64,000 bases of DNA from Octopus bimaculoides (Eukaryota). Each line of letters opens with the position of its first letter. Position 1 is the stretch's first letter. Location: positions 6,453,328 to 6,517,327 of the forward strand of contig NC_069000.1 of assembly GCF_001194135.2 (NCBI RefSeq), read 5' to 3'. Position numbers and translations under genes: made by a program. This document shows, in pieces, positions 47,416-60,897 of this stretch. Below the pieces are notes generated by a model. It made no database searches. It was not told the DNA's origin and saw only the letters and a program-made list of their open reading frames with translations.

Positions 47416-47690
47416 TACATATATATATGTCGAAACGCCGGTGTTAAAACGTGGGTAGCTGATGAAGTAGAATGTTCTCTATGTGGCTCGTGTGTTCTCG
47501 TCTACGTTTGTTTGCAATGTCCTGTACCCAGATATGCACCTATACATACAGGTGGATGTCGGTATGCACATACCTGTANNNNNNNNNNGTTTGTTTGCAA
47601 TGTCCTGTACCCAGATATGCACCTATACATACAGGTGGATGTCGGTATGCACATACCTGTACGTATATATGCATATACTCATTTACTTTT

Positions 47691-47731
<41 letters not shown>

Positions 47732-48797
47732 TATATCGCATACACAAATCCACCCACAGACATGTACAAGATGTTGGGTGGGTGTGATATGTGTAATGAT
47801 GATGATGATGATGGTGGCAATAAATAAATAAGGTTGTACTCCAACATGTCATTTAGTCAATGACATCCCATCCCCCGCCCTAACGCTTCATACTCATTTC
47901 TCCTCCCTAAAATTATCGAGGTCACAAATTGCATTTGACAAGTCAACACACACACACAGATAGATGTAAACAAAATTGAGTAGATTAGCGATTAAAGTCA
48001 CTTCCTGACATAATTTCTAAAGCAATAAAAATGCTGGGTTTGTTTTTTAATAAATTATTTTTATCTTCACCAATCAGAATAATAATAATAAGAAGAAGAA
48101 GAAGAATTACTATTACCCCCACACAAACTGTCCTTGTAATGCCCCCTCAACCCCTCCACATCTGCTACTGTGGTAAATAAAAGAAATTATTAACTTTCTC
48201 AAGTTTTACTTGAAAAGGAAAGTGCGGGCAGAGAGGGAAGAGCTGTCTCCCAGCAATTTTGTTAAAAGGTGGATGAGTGTAGCATGAATGGCCAGAGTGA
48301 ACAGACCAACTCTTAGCATGCGCCTGTAGATCGAGGGTAGATGAAGTGGAGAGAGCACTTGCCCTAGAGATCAGGGTGATTGTGGTTTTGTGGGGTTTCC
48401 ACGAGCAGCCCTCGGATGCCTTCCTCTTTTGGGGTTCTATTTGTTATAATTTTTTGTTATTACCTTTTTTACACAATTAAATCCCACTCTTTTTGTGTTG
48501 TCCTGTGCTGTCCCCAATCTTTTATACAAACCCCTAGAATGATTTAGTGCATTTATATATATACGTATGGCTCCACAACCAGTGTGCCACGAGACTACGC
48601 TAGGCGTGCCGCAGTGTAATCTGAATATGATTTTCCTCTTTATACTTTTAGTTATATTTCAGGTGTGCTACTACTGAATTTTGATAAGAATACAAGTGTA
48701 CTGCAAGTGATAAAAGGCTGCAGAGCACTGATCTAGTGTGATGGTGTGTTATGTCATCTTGTTAATTATGCAGATAGGAAATTGATTACCAAGCAGC

Positions 48798-48867
<70 letters not shown>

Positions 48868-48904
48868 AAGATATAATATATATATCATATACATATTATA
48901 TATC

Positions 48905-48935
<31 letters not shown>

Positions 48936-48940
48936 CATAT

Positions 48941-49061
48941 ATTTATATATCTAAAGAATAAGGAGAAAATGAAGAGATAATTAATGTCATATTTTATAAT
49001 TAATAAATAATATTTTATTAATTACCTCTCCATTTTCTCCTTATTCTTTAAATATATAAAT
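48941..49061. repeat. Inverted repeat with 45-bp arms (MITE-like)
   Basis: atttatatatctaaagaataaggagaaaatgaagagataattaat versus its reverse complement at 49017-49061, 3 mismatches. Confidence 0.85.
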
Positions 49062-49919
49062 ATATGAACCATAATTTATATGGTTACCTTATAGTTGAAC
49101 TTTCTATGGATTGGTAAGTAACCAATATTTTCATTGAGTTTATTATCCCTCAATGAGGTTTATAACCTTTACTTGAATATATATATTCAGATACATACAT
49201 ACACACACATCTATATATATAATTATATATAAATACACACACACACACACAGACTGAATGCCAGAAAGAAGGATAGACAGACATTTGTAAACAGATAATA
49301 CTGGCAGATAGATGAACAGACAGACACACACACAACCACATAAAATCAAAAGCCAGCCATTAAATTGTTTCATCTTTTCATATCCTAGAAATACCGGCAT
49401 TTGCTGCTTTAAGTGATAAACAAATTATAATTAATAACCTGTAAGTAAACTTTATTCTTATCCATACATGTGTGTGTGTATGTGTGTGTGTGTGTGTGTG
49501 TGTGCACACGTGAGTGCATGCATGTTTGTATGTGTGTATATTTGAAGCTAACTCTTCACTACAAAGTGGGATGAAACCTCAGTATTTGCTATATGTACAT
49601 GTATATGTATCATCATCATCATCGTTTAATGTCCGCTTTCCATGCTAGCATGGGTTGGACGGTTTGACTGGGGACTGGTGAGCCAGATGGCTGCACCAGG
49701 CTCCAATCTGATCCGGCAGAGTTTCTACAGTTGGATGCCCTTCTTAACGCCAACCACTACGAGAGTGTAGTGGGCGCTTTTACGTGCCACTGGCATGAGG
49801 GCCAGTCAGGCAGTACTGGCAACAGCCATGCTCAAATGGTGTTTTTATGTGTCACCTGCATGCGCATGTGTATGTGCTCAATTTTCACAATTGAATGAAG
49901 GGTCTTGACAGTGTGGGAT

Positions 49920-50730
49920 GAAAAGGATTATGGACCTTACTCAAAAGATATAGGTATCCAGACAGCTTTGTGATAATAGGTAGCTCCAAGAAGGTTCGTT
50001 TTCTGCAATCTTTCTTGGGAGTGACAGCTCAGCCGCCTCTCCAGTCTGCCATGGTGTAAAGCAGGATTGTGTACAAGTTCCAGCACTATTTGCTTTCCCT
50101 CTGGGTACCATGTTTGAAATCATGGCATACGACCTGCTAAAGAAGGACGGTAGTATGTTGTTGAACCTATCTGGGCAAAGATTCACCATAAAGTACCATG
50201 ATAGCTGCATTTGTAGACTTCTTTTCACTGATGACTCATCGTGAATACTTCATCTGGTGGAAGATATTCAGAAAACTACATACCCTTTTTTCAATGTGCA
50301 GACACAGAATTTTCTACCTATCAATAAAGTGAAGAGAGGGGGAAAAAAACAAACAAAAACTGAAGTTTTGTTCCAACCTCCACTCAGAGCACTGTTCCAA
50401 GTTTTGTTCCAACCTCCACTCAGAGCAACCACTACTTTCACTAATCATCCCCTATGTTTGACAAGGAAATTTACATATTTAGGCTTTACTATTTCTGACA
50501 ACAATAGCCTGGAGGCAGAGTTGGATCAACACAGTCAGCTGAATAGGCTACAAGGAAGCTCAAAAAATCAACTGCTGCAACAACGAGGTACAGGACTGTC
50601 AACCAAGATACAAGGTTTACCAGTCAGCAGAGCAATTCTGATTGTTGTGTTCTGCAGAAACTGACACTGTATCAACAACACAAATCTGATGAGCTACCAG
50701 ATGCACCAACTGCAGTCAATAATGGACATA
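49920..50730 (+). mobile_element. Degraded RTE/BovB-like RT fragment
   Basis: GLWTLLKRY-YPDSF, a GVKQDC-like segment, LLFTDD, KTEVLFQP (locally tandem-duplicated), KFTYLGFTIS, STKI; frameshifted. Confidence 0.8.
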
Positions 50731-53290
50731 TTTGGCAAAAATGGACATAAAGGCAGCAAACTAGCTGAATCATTAGCACGCCAGGCAAAATACTAAGCAG
50801 CTAATCAATCATTATGTTCTGAGTTCAAATTCCACTGAGGTTGATTTTGCCTTTCATAATTTCATAGGGCTGTGAGCATGCCGGACCACTGCCTTATAGT
50901 GGATGCACATCTTGGACATTATGGTACTAAGTATTTAAAAAGAAAGGATAGTCACAACTAGAAAAACCTTTGATCCTGGGTATACTGAATTAGGCCCAAG
51001 CTGGGGCTGACAATTATAATAACAATAAATACAAACACCAAAGTTGTTTCTACAGAAATAACTGATTCTAAGAGCCTTGACATGGTATTTTCTTTGCCAC
51101 CAAATGGCATAATTTTACCAGCTTTGTGAACCTCGTTACTCGTGAAGACTGAGTAATGTCTTTCTGGTCATATTGCAAGAATGAAGAACACACGTCTTTA
51201 AGTGATAGAATTTTAAAACAATAAATCTTTATAGGGGCTCCAACAATGACAGGGGAGAGCAGCAGGGTGGTAAGAGAGGTATCCTCAAACAAGGGAAACG
51301 TCTCAAATGTCTGCAAGAGAGAAGGTGCTGCTAAGGTACCTAACGTACTGGGGAGGGGTGGGGGTGTCAAACCGGGCAATGGGTTATGTCTACTCCTACC
51401 ACTACCTCACCAAGTAGGTTGTGACAAGATTTGAACTTGGAATGCAATCAGCCAGGAACATACACCAACAGTCACCTGGAGTCCAATGTTCTTACAGTTC
51501 AACCAACTCACTTTTTTGGATTGGTACTTTTTTTTTTATTGTTCAGTTGGAGCCATGCAAGCATGGAAAAATGGATGTTAAAACGATAATGATTAAAGGC
51601 AAAGTTGTTCCCTAGATTAACTCCGTTCTGATATACTGATGATTAAAAGTGTTCCACTTACGACCATCCTATCTTATTTTCAGACAATGTATCCAATATT
51701 ATATTAGCCAACGTATACTTCAATTTTTCTCAAATCAAAGTGTGACTGGCGGCAGTCGTAGTGGGCAGAGATTTGGCTGTTGTTTCTAGCAGGTCGAGCA
51801 CCCACGTTGTCACATCAAGGATCCATTTTCTTTATATGCAGGAATGGGAGAAGGTGGATAGGAAATGTCATAATGAAAAAAAGGAAAGTCTTAAGTGACC
51901 ACGTTGGCGCTTTCATAATGCAGTCAAGAATAATTCTTAATTACATTTTGGAATCAAGACGACCGATTTTTAGTGAAACTAAACACAGGTCAAGGTCGAC
52001 AGATGGCGCTAACGTGCAACATAAATTAGCAACAGCAACATCAGAATGTAGAGAAGGAACATCGACGAAAATACAGCGAAATTTGATTTTTTTTAAAAAT
52101 CATTCTACGCCAGAAAAAACGCTTCAAGATGTATGTGTCTGGTGTGAGAAACATGGAAATAGAATGTATATAATATTACAATATTTCAGCGATCGATCGA
52201 GCCATTCTGGAATCCAGGACATCACACATACACACAGTTATCTCCCTTGACAGTTCATCCCATGATGTCATGGAGACGAAAGAATATTTATGGAAAAAAA
52301 AAAAATTCCTTTCTCCTTACATGTCAATAGATGAATTATTAAATCGGCTCAACGTAAAAAAGCAAACAAGCAAATAAAGTAGACATACACATGCACACAG
52401 ATCGAAATCCATTTATGAGAGAGAAAGAGAGGCGATGAACGTTGTCATTCAATCTGAATGGTGATAAAAAAAAAACCGTCTGAACAGGATGTTTCTTTTT
52501 TTGAAGTTGTTAGAAACGAAAGAGGTCAATATAAACAGAGACATCTAAAAAGCCCACGGCTAATTTGTTGGGACAGGTCCCGCCTCCAAGTAACTGGCGC
52601 ACGGAACTATAGACGTAGAAGTAAAAACAAGATAAGTCGCGCACGCACTCGTATCATATACACTTGCGCACAAAACACCTGACCACACGATTCAATAAGG
52701 GAGCCTTTAAGTAGTCAGATGACCTGCTAGAAACAGCAGCGGGATCTCTCTCCCATATCACATCCTATTATCTCAAAAAGGAGGGACACGTTCGATAATG
52801 TAATCTTGGTAACACTACGTCTGAAAATAAAAGACAAGATGGTTACGGTGAGAAAGCTATTGATTAGAGGTCTAGCTTCTCAACTGACTGTATAGCTGCA
52901 AAACCTTTGATCCAGGTTGATCTGAAGCAAATCAACAGGGAAGGACACATTAGTAATGCAGTCTCAGATACACTATGTGTCAAAATATATATCGAGGTGG
53001 TCAGAGACGGAACACTTGCCTGTCGTACTGGGGCTGACCCTTCTTCTCAGATCCCTCTTCTCATATTTTAAACCCTGATCTTCTAGCATAAAGCAACCAC
53101 TCTTGAGATTCATAGGCTTACAAGCTGCATGGCAAACTCATATTACTGATAGCATGAAAAAGGGCAACCAGTACATTCTATAAAGTGGTTGGCATTATAA
53201 GAGCATCCAATCCTAGAAACCATACCTGAGTAGATACAGGAACATGACACAGTCCTTGGACCTATCAGATCCTGTTAAACCATCTAAACC

Positions 53291-53519
53291 AAGTGGTTCT
53301 CAGCCAGGATCCATATAAGATTTTTTTTGTAAAAACTTATTTGCAGTAAAATTAGTTATACTACTACTACTATACACAAAACAATTTTTTTTAATACAAT
53401 TTTTAATAATATTCAGTTATATGATAGGATTTTTTAAACATCAAGTGCTTATGAGGGCCCATCTGAGGAAAATAGGAACCAAAAGGATACGTAGGTGTAA
53501 AAATGGTTGAGAACCACTG
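53291..53519. mobile_element. hAT-like MITE inserted in a LINE-tail/SINE copy
   Basis: TIRs aagtggttctcagcc / ggttgagaaccactg, flanked by a near-identical 8-bp TSD atcta(a)acc / atctaacc. Confidence 0.75.
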
Positions 53520-53909
53520 ATCTAACCTATGCCAATATGGAACATGAACATTTGAAGATGATGAAAACACATACCAAAGGACTTGTAATCATCCTTAGGA
53601 AAGCTCTCTTGGAATTCATATCCCAATCTGTAAACCACTCACAGCAACAAGTTCATACCACCCACCATGTATAATGAATGTTATTTTTGCTGTAATGAAA
53701 ATATCAAAGGTGTTCCAGCTACACTCACTCTGCCTTCATTTATTTTTATTTGTTGTAAACACTAATTGTTTCAAACTACATTGTCAAATGTGTCCCTTTG
53801 TTTTGAGGAGAGAAAAGGTTACAATGTGAAAGGAATTAGATTGTTTCTAGAAGGTTGAGTGACTGTATAAAGGGTCTCTCATTGGCTTGTATTTAGTTGG
53901 GTCTATTTA

Positions 53910-54250
53910 CAATGTGCCCCTATAATACTAATCACATGCCCTGGCAATATCAATCATAAGGAATAGCACCCTTCAAATATAACATAACATTCCCTCATAA
54001 TACTAAACACACAACACAGAGTCCCACAAATGTAACACAATGTGTCCCTATAATACACAACAAAGACACCAAACCCTACAAATAGTACTAACCATTTGGA
54101 ATAACGCCACACAAATACAACATAATGAGCCCCTACAATAGTAATAACATGACACTGAGCCCTTCACATACAAAACAGTTGCCCTTATAATACTAAGCAG
54201 ACAACACTAGGCCCTAAAAACACAATGTGCCCCTATAGTTACTAATCATG
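53910..54250. repeat. Degenerate minisatellite with core ccc(t)a[t/c]aata[c/g]taa
   Basis: About 10 irregularly spaced copies of the core. Confidence 0.55.
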
Positions 54251-56487
54251 TGACATAAGAGCACACTAGCATGATAGTGCCTTCTGACACTAAAACATGT
54301 CACTACTAGATATTGGTAGACCGACATTACACACTAAATATGTTCATAGCATAGCTGGCCAGTCACTGTTTTACTCATTTCTATAGAAATGAGTAAAAAT
54401 AGTCAACATCCGTTAATGTAAGTGTTATCAAAGTAAAACCATTGTGAGTATGGAAGTAATTTTAAAAATATAAACTAGCCACAGAGCTGTATTGTTTAAT
54501 GTGCATACATACATCTGTGTGTGAGAGTGTATATGTGTATGTATATATATAGACACATATACACATATGTCTAGTACTAGTACATCTGAAGAGAGTACGT
54601 GAGTGGTGAGGAAGGGAAGACAAAAATGAAAGTAGTTTTTTATTCATTTATTTATTTTTTTTTTTTTTTACTCCCAATTTAATTCTGTCAACTGGAATAC
54701 TGGAATGTCGTTCTAACATGAATGGATGAATGGAGGAATGAATGAATAGATGAATGGCAGAATGTCTGATTATCTTTTACCTTTAACTTGGAGGGTTTAG
54801 TCAAACAAATTGACTCCAGTGCTTATTTTTAAAGCCTGATACTTCATTATATTCATCTCTTTTGTTGAACTGCTACATTATGGGGATGTAAATAAACTAA
54901 CACTGGTTATTAAGTGTAAGTGGGACACACACACATGGTTTCAAACTATATCACACAGCCATACCTACATTCTGAGTTCAAATCCCACCAAGTTCAACTT
55001 TACTCTTCATTCCTTCAAGGACTAAATGAGCCACTGGAGTCAATGTAATTGACTAGCCTCTGCCCTCACCCACCCCTGGCCCGGCCCCACCAAAATTTCA
55101 GGCCTCATGCCAAAGTAGGAGAGAATTAGTATTATTATAAGCCATAACTACAGAAGCACGTGCCACACCCCCACCCCCACCCAATTTGTTTCATCATAAT
55201 TCTCTGAAGAATATTTTTTAATAAAATCTCCAGCAAAAATGTTTCAGATGATATGCATAATGATTATAAAAATATTTGCTTTGGAACATCCTTTCAGGGG
55301 ATCAAGGAAGGACCATACCAGTATCTCTGGAAAATTTCATCTTTTAAAAAACTGTTCACTTAAAGTCAAGACATGTGAAATGTTCATCCCCCACCCCCCA
55401 CCACCATCACATTAAATTCCAATATAATCATAATCTATACTACCTGAAAAATATTTNNNNNNNNNNNNNNNNNNNNNNNNNNNNNNNNNNNNNNNNNNNN
55501 NNNNNNNNNNNNNNNNNNNNNNNNNNNNNNNNNNNNNNNNNNNNNNNNNNNNNNNNNNNNNNNNNNNNNNNNNNNNNNNNNNNNNNNNNNNNNNNNNNNN
55601 NNNNNNNNNNNNNNNTTAAAAGTTCTGAATAAAAGCTTCCACCAAACCTTGGTCACAAATATATTTTACTAAATTCTTTGTTATATTTAAAATTAATTGA
55701 AAGAAGCACAGAACATCTCAACAGAAATATAATTAATAACAAATGGGTTAATTGATGCCCTGCCTGACTGACACAGGAGTCCCATGACTGTCAGTAAGGT
55801 CATGAAAGCCCCATATTCCTCCTACCGTGGGAAGGGGAGGGGCAGGTGAGAGGAAGTATATATTAAGTCAGAATGCAAATCAACAGTCAATTTCTTTGGT
55901 TTTGTATTCAAAAGAGACTGATTACATTATATAACTGCCATTCAACATGAGTGGGAGGGTGAGTTCGATCTGTTTTATTTTGGGTATAAATAGAGGTAGC
56001 AGTGGTGGTGGTGGTGGTACTTCAGTCCCAGAGCAACCCTGACTGCAGAAAGACCTAACATCAATGAAATCTCTCGTCTTTTTTATATACATTAAGGACT
56101 GATGTAGCTCTCATTTTTTTTTTTACAAAGCATAAATTTAGAGGAGATTTAGCTGCTATGTCTATTAGATAGAACAAGAAGTTAATTTAAATAACATATT
56201 TATATTTATATGTAAAGAAAAATGATAAAATTATGTCGACCTCGGTGAGTAATGCTTAAAATATTGGATTTTAAAACATATAATTCTGCTGTGACAACAT
56301 GTGTATATCCCCACTCACCTTACATCATAATTGATCACACAAATTCGATTTCTAAGATTAAAAAAAACTCAATATCATAGTTAACAATAAATAAAAAAAT
56401 TTTTTTAAAATATAACAGATGCAATGGCGATCAGTGACATTCTTCAATCACAACTGCTGATGCATCCTGCACCCCGCATACCACACT

Positions 56488-56531
<44 letters not shown>

Positions 56532-57142
56532 TTACTACAGAATATAACCTTGAACTTGATGTATACACTAACAAAGCATTCTTACACACACACGAGACAG
56601 TAAGCATTTAGTAGGGTTTCATATTTCTAATATAGTGAGCTGGGGGGAAAAAAATTGAGATTATCCGTGCAATTAGCAGACAAAAACTCCCTCTGAAAAT
56701 GCTTAGAACCTTCTCAAAAAAAAAAAAAAAAAAAAAAAAGGAAGATAACTTCAATATATCAGCCAGCTAAAAATTTTGGGCAAATAAATTGATGGAGATC
56801 CAAGTAGAGGTTTTTAAAACCAATAGATGATGAAAGCAACAAAGAAGTTTCAGTCTAGTTAGATCTCATCAGCTAAACACATTGTATTCTCTACTGTCAT
56901 AAGGTAACATCTGATGACTGTGAAATTTATCTTTTCATACTTGGATGCATATGACCATATAGATTTCCAACATACAGGATGGATGTTGGAAATCTATATG
57001 ATTATATGCTTCTGAGGAGAGCGGTTTATTTCAAATTGATGTAACGTTTGCATTGATCGATTAAATGGAACCGTTTGAAACGGCCGCAATGCACTGATAC
57101 TTGGACATACTTGTTACTTATTTGCTTATATATATATATATA

Positions 57143-57180
<38 letters not shown>

Positions 57181-57287
57181 GATTCACACATGAACAAGCA
57201 AGAAAAAACACGGAAAAACAACAACGCAAGGACGTGGAATAAGTACAGTGTTATTGGACGCTCAGGAAAGGAAAGAAAAGAAAGAGG

Positions 57288-57322
57288 ATTTAACGTTTCG
57301 AGTGGAGCTCTTCGTCAGAAAT
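57288..57322 (-). ncRNA. Minimal type I hammerhead ribozyme-like motif (Penelope-type)
   Basis: ATTT-CTGACGA-A-GAG-CTCCA-CTC-GAAAC-GTT-AAAT: intact core, 3-bp stem II, palindromic ACGT stem III, 4-bp stem I. Confidence 0.55.
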
Positions 57323-57824
57323 ATAGAAAAAGTCCAAAGAAGGGAAGACGGAGAAAGAAAATCGCCAACGATACACACGCGGTCACATATTGGAATGTTA
57401 AATGATGATGATGTCCCTTGCAATTAATTAATCAGTTACACCATTTAGCTACTAATAAGCAAGCTAACAATGATATAATTTGGGGGCAGGTTTTATTCCA
57501 GTTGAGTAACAACATTGTCTCTGAATGCGAATGCAAATTAGATTATAATTTTACAATATGTCACAAATATATTTGAAATACATAAATTATTCTAATATTT
57601 AACCAACCTCTTCACACTTGGTTTCATTGGTAGATGACCAATGAAGCCAAATGCTAATATAGTCCATTTGATTATATAATAGTTAATAAGCTAATCAGAG
57701 AAAACATTTAACAATTCTCCAGGATTCATAGAGAAAACATACGACACATTGAATCACATCTGCTTTTCTATGGTAAACATTTTGCATATGGAAAATAATA
57801 AACATTTTCCTCTCTCTCTGTATG

Positions 57825-57876
<52 letters not shown>

Positions 57877-60793
57877 AGATATAGATAGGCAGATAGATAT
57901 ATCAATAAACAGATTCATAGACAGACAGATAGATTGTTGTTTAGCTTTAGATCAGTCCCAATTGAGCACATCTACAATCAAAGCCCTCCTGTTGTGGCCA
58001 CTCCACAAACTTTTCTGAAGATGGAAGGGTGCAATTTGAGGAAGATCTGATTCTTATATCTAGCATGTCAAGTGACCATCATGAGGCATCATTTGTTACA
58101 GATGGATGGCAGCATCAGTAGAGCGTCAATCAAAATATCTTGTGTTTGGTAATGATCCGCGAAAGTCTGGATTCAAACTCATTGGGTCTTCTTTGCCATG
58201 CAGCCCAGAAAAATAAAAATAAATATTGCAGCTGATATCAACAAAGTGCTCCAGCCTGGTCGCAGTACAGTGACAAAATCCAATGAAAGAATAGTGTTTC
58301 AACCAGTTTTCTAATTGCTAGAAATAGCAGCCAAATTTCCCTCAAATTGCATCTGCACCTTAGAAAAGGTACACTGGATTATTTAGATAGTGATACACTG
58401 ACAGGATGGTCACGGTTGAAATTATTTTGATCATAGGTTTACTCAATGAGGGCTGACCTAGGATTAAACAACATAGCCGGTTGGCAGTGGAATGTAATGT
58501 AACTGATAATTGAAATCAGCAAATGTTGAATAAAAATGAAATTGAGATTATTTTCAAAATGAAAGAAAAATATCGTCGCTCCATTTTCACTGCGCGTATC
58601 GAAATCTTGAGAGATAGGGTGGGGAGAGGAGAGAAGAAGGGGGACGGGGACACACACACACGTGTATGTGTGTGTGTGTGTGTGTATTGTAAGGAGATAG
58701 AGCGAAAAGACAGACAGGCATAGCAGGGAGTGGAATCTTCGTTACTCAACAGAGAGAGAGAATCTCTTTAGTTACCCGAACCCTAACGTGTACTGGATCT
58801 CGGAGATAGTCAGGTACACACGCAAACAACAACAACAACAACAACAACACCTCGCCATTTCCATGGTGATAGCAGCACAACAAGTAGAGCAGCATGTGAC
58901 CTCTCTATCTCTGATACACTTTATCTTTTACTCCCGAGATTTAACAAGTAGTGAAAGAGAGGAGAGACAAACAGAAATAGGAAAATAGAGAGGGGAAGAG
59001 AGAGAGAGAGAGAGAGCTAGGATTCTTTGTGTGGTCACACGACCTGTTAAAAATAGCAGCCAAATCCCCATCAAATCAAACACCCTACTACTCATGAAAA
59101 GGGTAGAAGGAAGAACACATTGCATAACGTAGTCTGCTAGTATGGAAAAAAAAAAAAGAAAAAGAGAGAGAGAGGGGGGAGGGTCATATCTGGAATGTCT
59201 TCGATCATATGATGCCTATCAGATCAGGACGGGGCTGGCGCGAACAGCAACAACTACTACTAACAGGTGTCCCATAAGAGGCAGATGCGAAGTCTGTGAC
59301 GCTCTGGAAAAATAAAACAATATTCGCTTTCGTAACTTTGATTTTTTTCTAGTATTCCTTCCCAATCTTCATCCCCACTCTACACATATAAAAAGTATTC
59401 TTTTATACAATACAATTTATTACAAAATAACCAACAATGTTATATATTAATTTAACACTAACATCTTTAAAGAACAAAGTTAAAGAAAAATAAATTTAAC
59501 AAAACCTGTGTAAAAAAATACCGATTGTTTTTCAACCTTAAACAATTTACCCCTCGCCTAGAATCGTAAAAATTTCCTTCTGGTTATCCTAGAAAAATTC
59601 TGACTTTAAATATATAAATGCGTTTTTTTTTATGGTCATTGACCTGCATGTGTGGTTTGAAGAAGGAATAGCTTCTATTTTAATTCTATTTTCAACAAAC
59701 TTAGCAAGGTTTCGGTGTTAGCACATGACTTCAGTGTCATGTACGAATGTGTGTGAATGCGTGTTTGACTGGTCAGCTTTGTCGAGCAGTTGAAGACGAT
59801 GTCACAAATTTATGACATCATAGACTTTTACCGAAAGCTTGTCACCTTATTAATTAATTAATCAAAAGTGAACGAAAGTTTTTCACTCCCTACCATCACG
59901 GTGGTTGTGTTGTGTTTTTGTCACTCACTCTGTGTCAGTAGTTTTGTGACATGAGCACAATGGACAGTTGTCGAGGGCCCCCACAGGTCCACGGAACCTA
60001 CAGCCAATATATATATATATATATTTATATGCTGTGACTGCATGTGCAAGAGTTCCCAGTGCAGCCCGAGGCCCCTAAGCAAATCCCTGCACCAACCCTA
60101 GAATATTCATTCACAGCAAGTCACAACCTATATGGATCAGAACCGGGTCCGCTAGACCCGTGAACCCCAAGGCAACTTCCCAGTGTGTCGGTGTGCATTG
60201 CTACGCCTATATTACTATTGAACACAGTCCAAGTATTTAGACCAGAGCACCCCTCGCCACTCCTGTTAACCCTTGACTTAACGAATGAGAACGCTCTCTA
60301 CGTGGTTGTTCACTTGTTAGAAACAGTAACAAAATCTCCATAGAGTAAACGTATAATCTTAAAGAAAGGGAGGTACGTCAAAAAATGTAGACAGCCAGAG
60401 GTGATGGTCATAACTGGAATGAATGCTTTTGATGGTAATCCGAGGCCTAAAACCACTCAAAACAAACGAATCTGCTAGAAATAGCAGCAACATCTATCTA
60501 ACATATAAATATATATGCCCCACCCCCATCCTCCCACCAAAATAATAATAAAAGGAAGGCTACATTGGATAACGAAGTTTAAAATATACAAAAAAAAAAA
60601 AGGGACGGTCACGGTCCGAATGTCTTTTGATCATATGTGCGCTCAATCAAGGTTGACCTGGGTCTAAAAAAACGACAACGCTACCAAAACTTGCAGCAAC
60701 CACAAGAAGAAGAATTATTAGTAGTAGAAGAGAAAGAAAGAAGCTTATCTCCATAGCAATGGTACAACAGAGCTGGCAAGAGGTGATACATAC

Positions 60794-60837
<44 letters not shown>

Positions 60838-60847
60838 NNNNNNNNNN

Positions 60848-60897
<50 letters not shown>

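Noticed and set aside
47430-47480. CGAAACG...CTGATGAAG resembling a permuted hammerhead
   Set aside because: Could not form convincing stems I and II around the core
47506-47661. About 72-bp exact direct repeat around a 10-N gap
   Set aside because: Typical assembly overlap artefact
51068-52682. ORFs of 103, 156 and 74 aa in unique sequence
   Set aside because: No recognisable domain, splice structure or motif; within chance lengths
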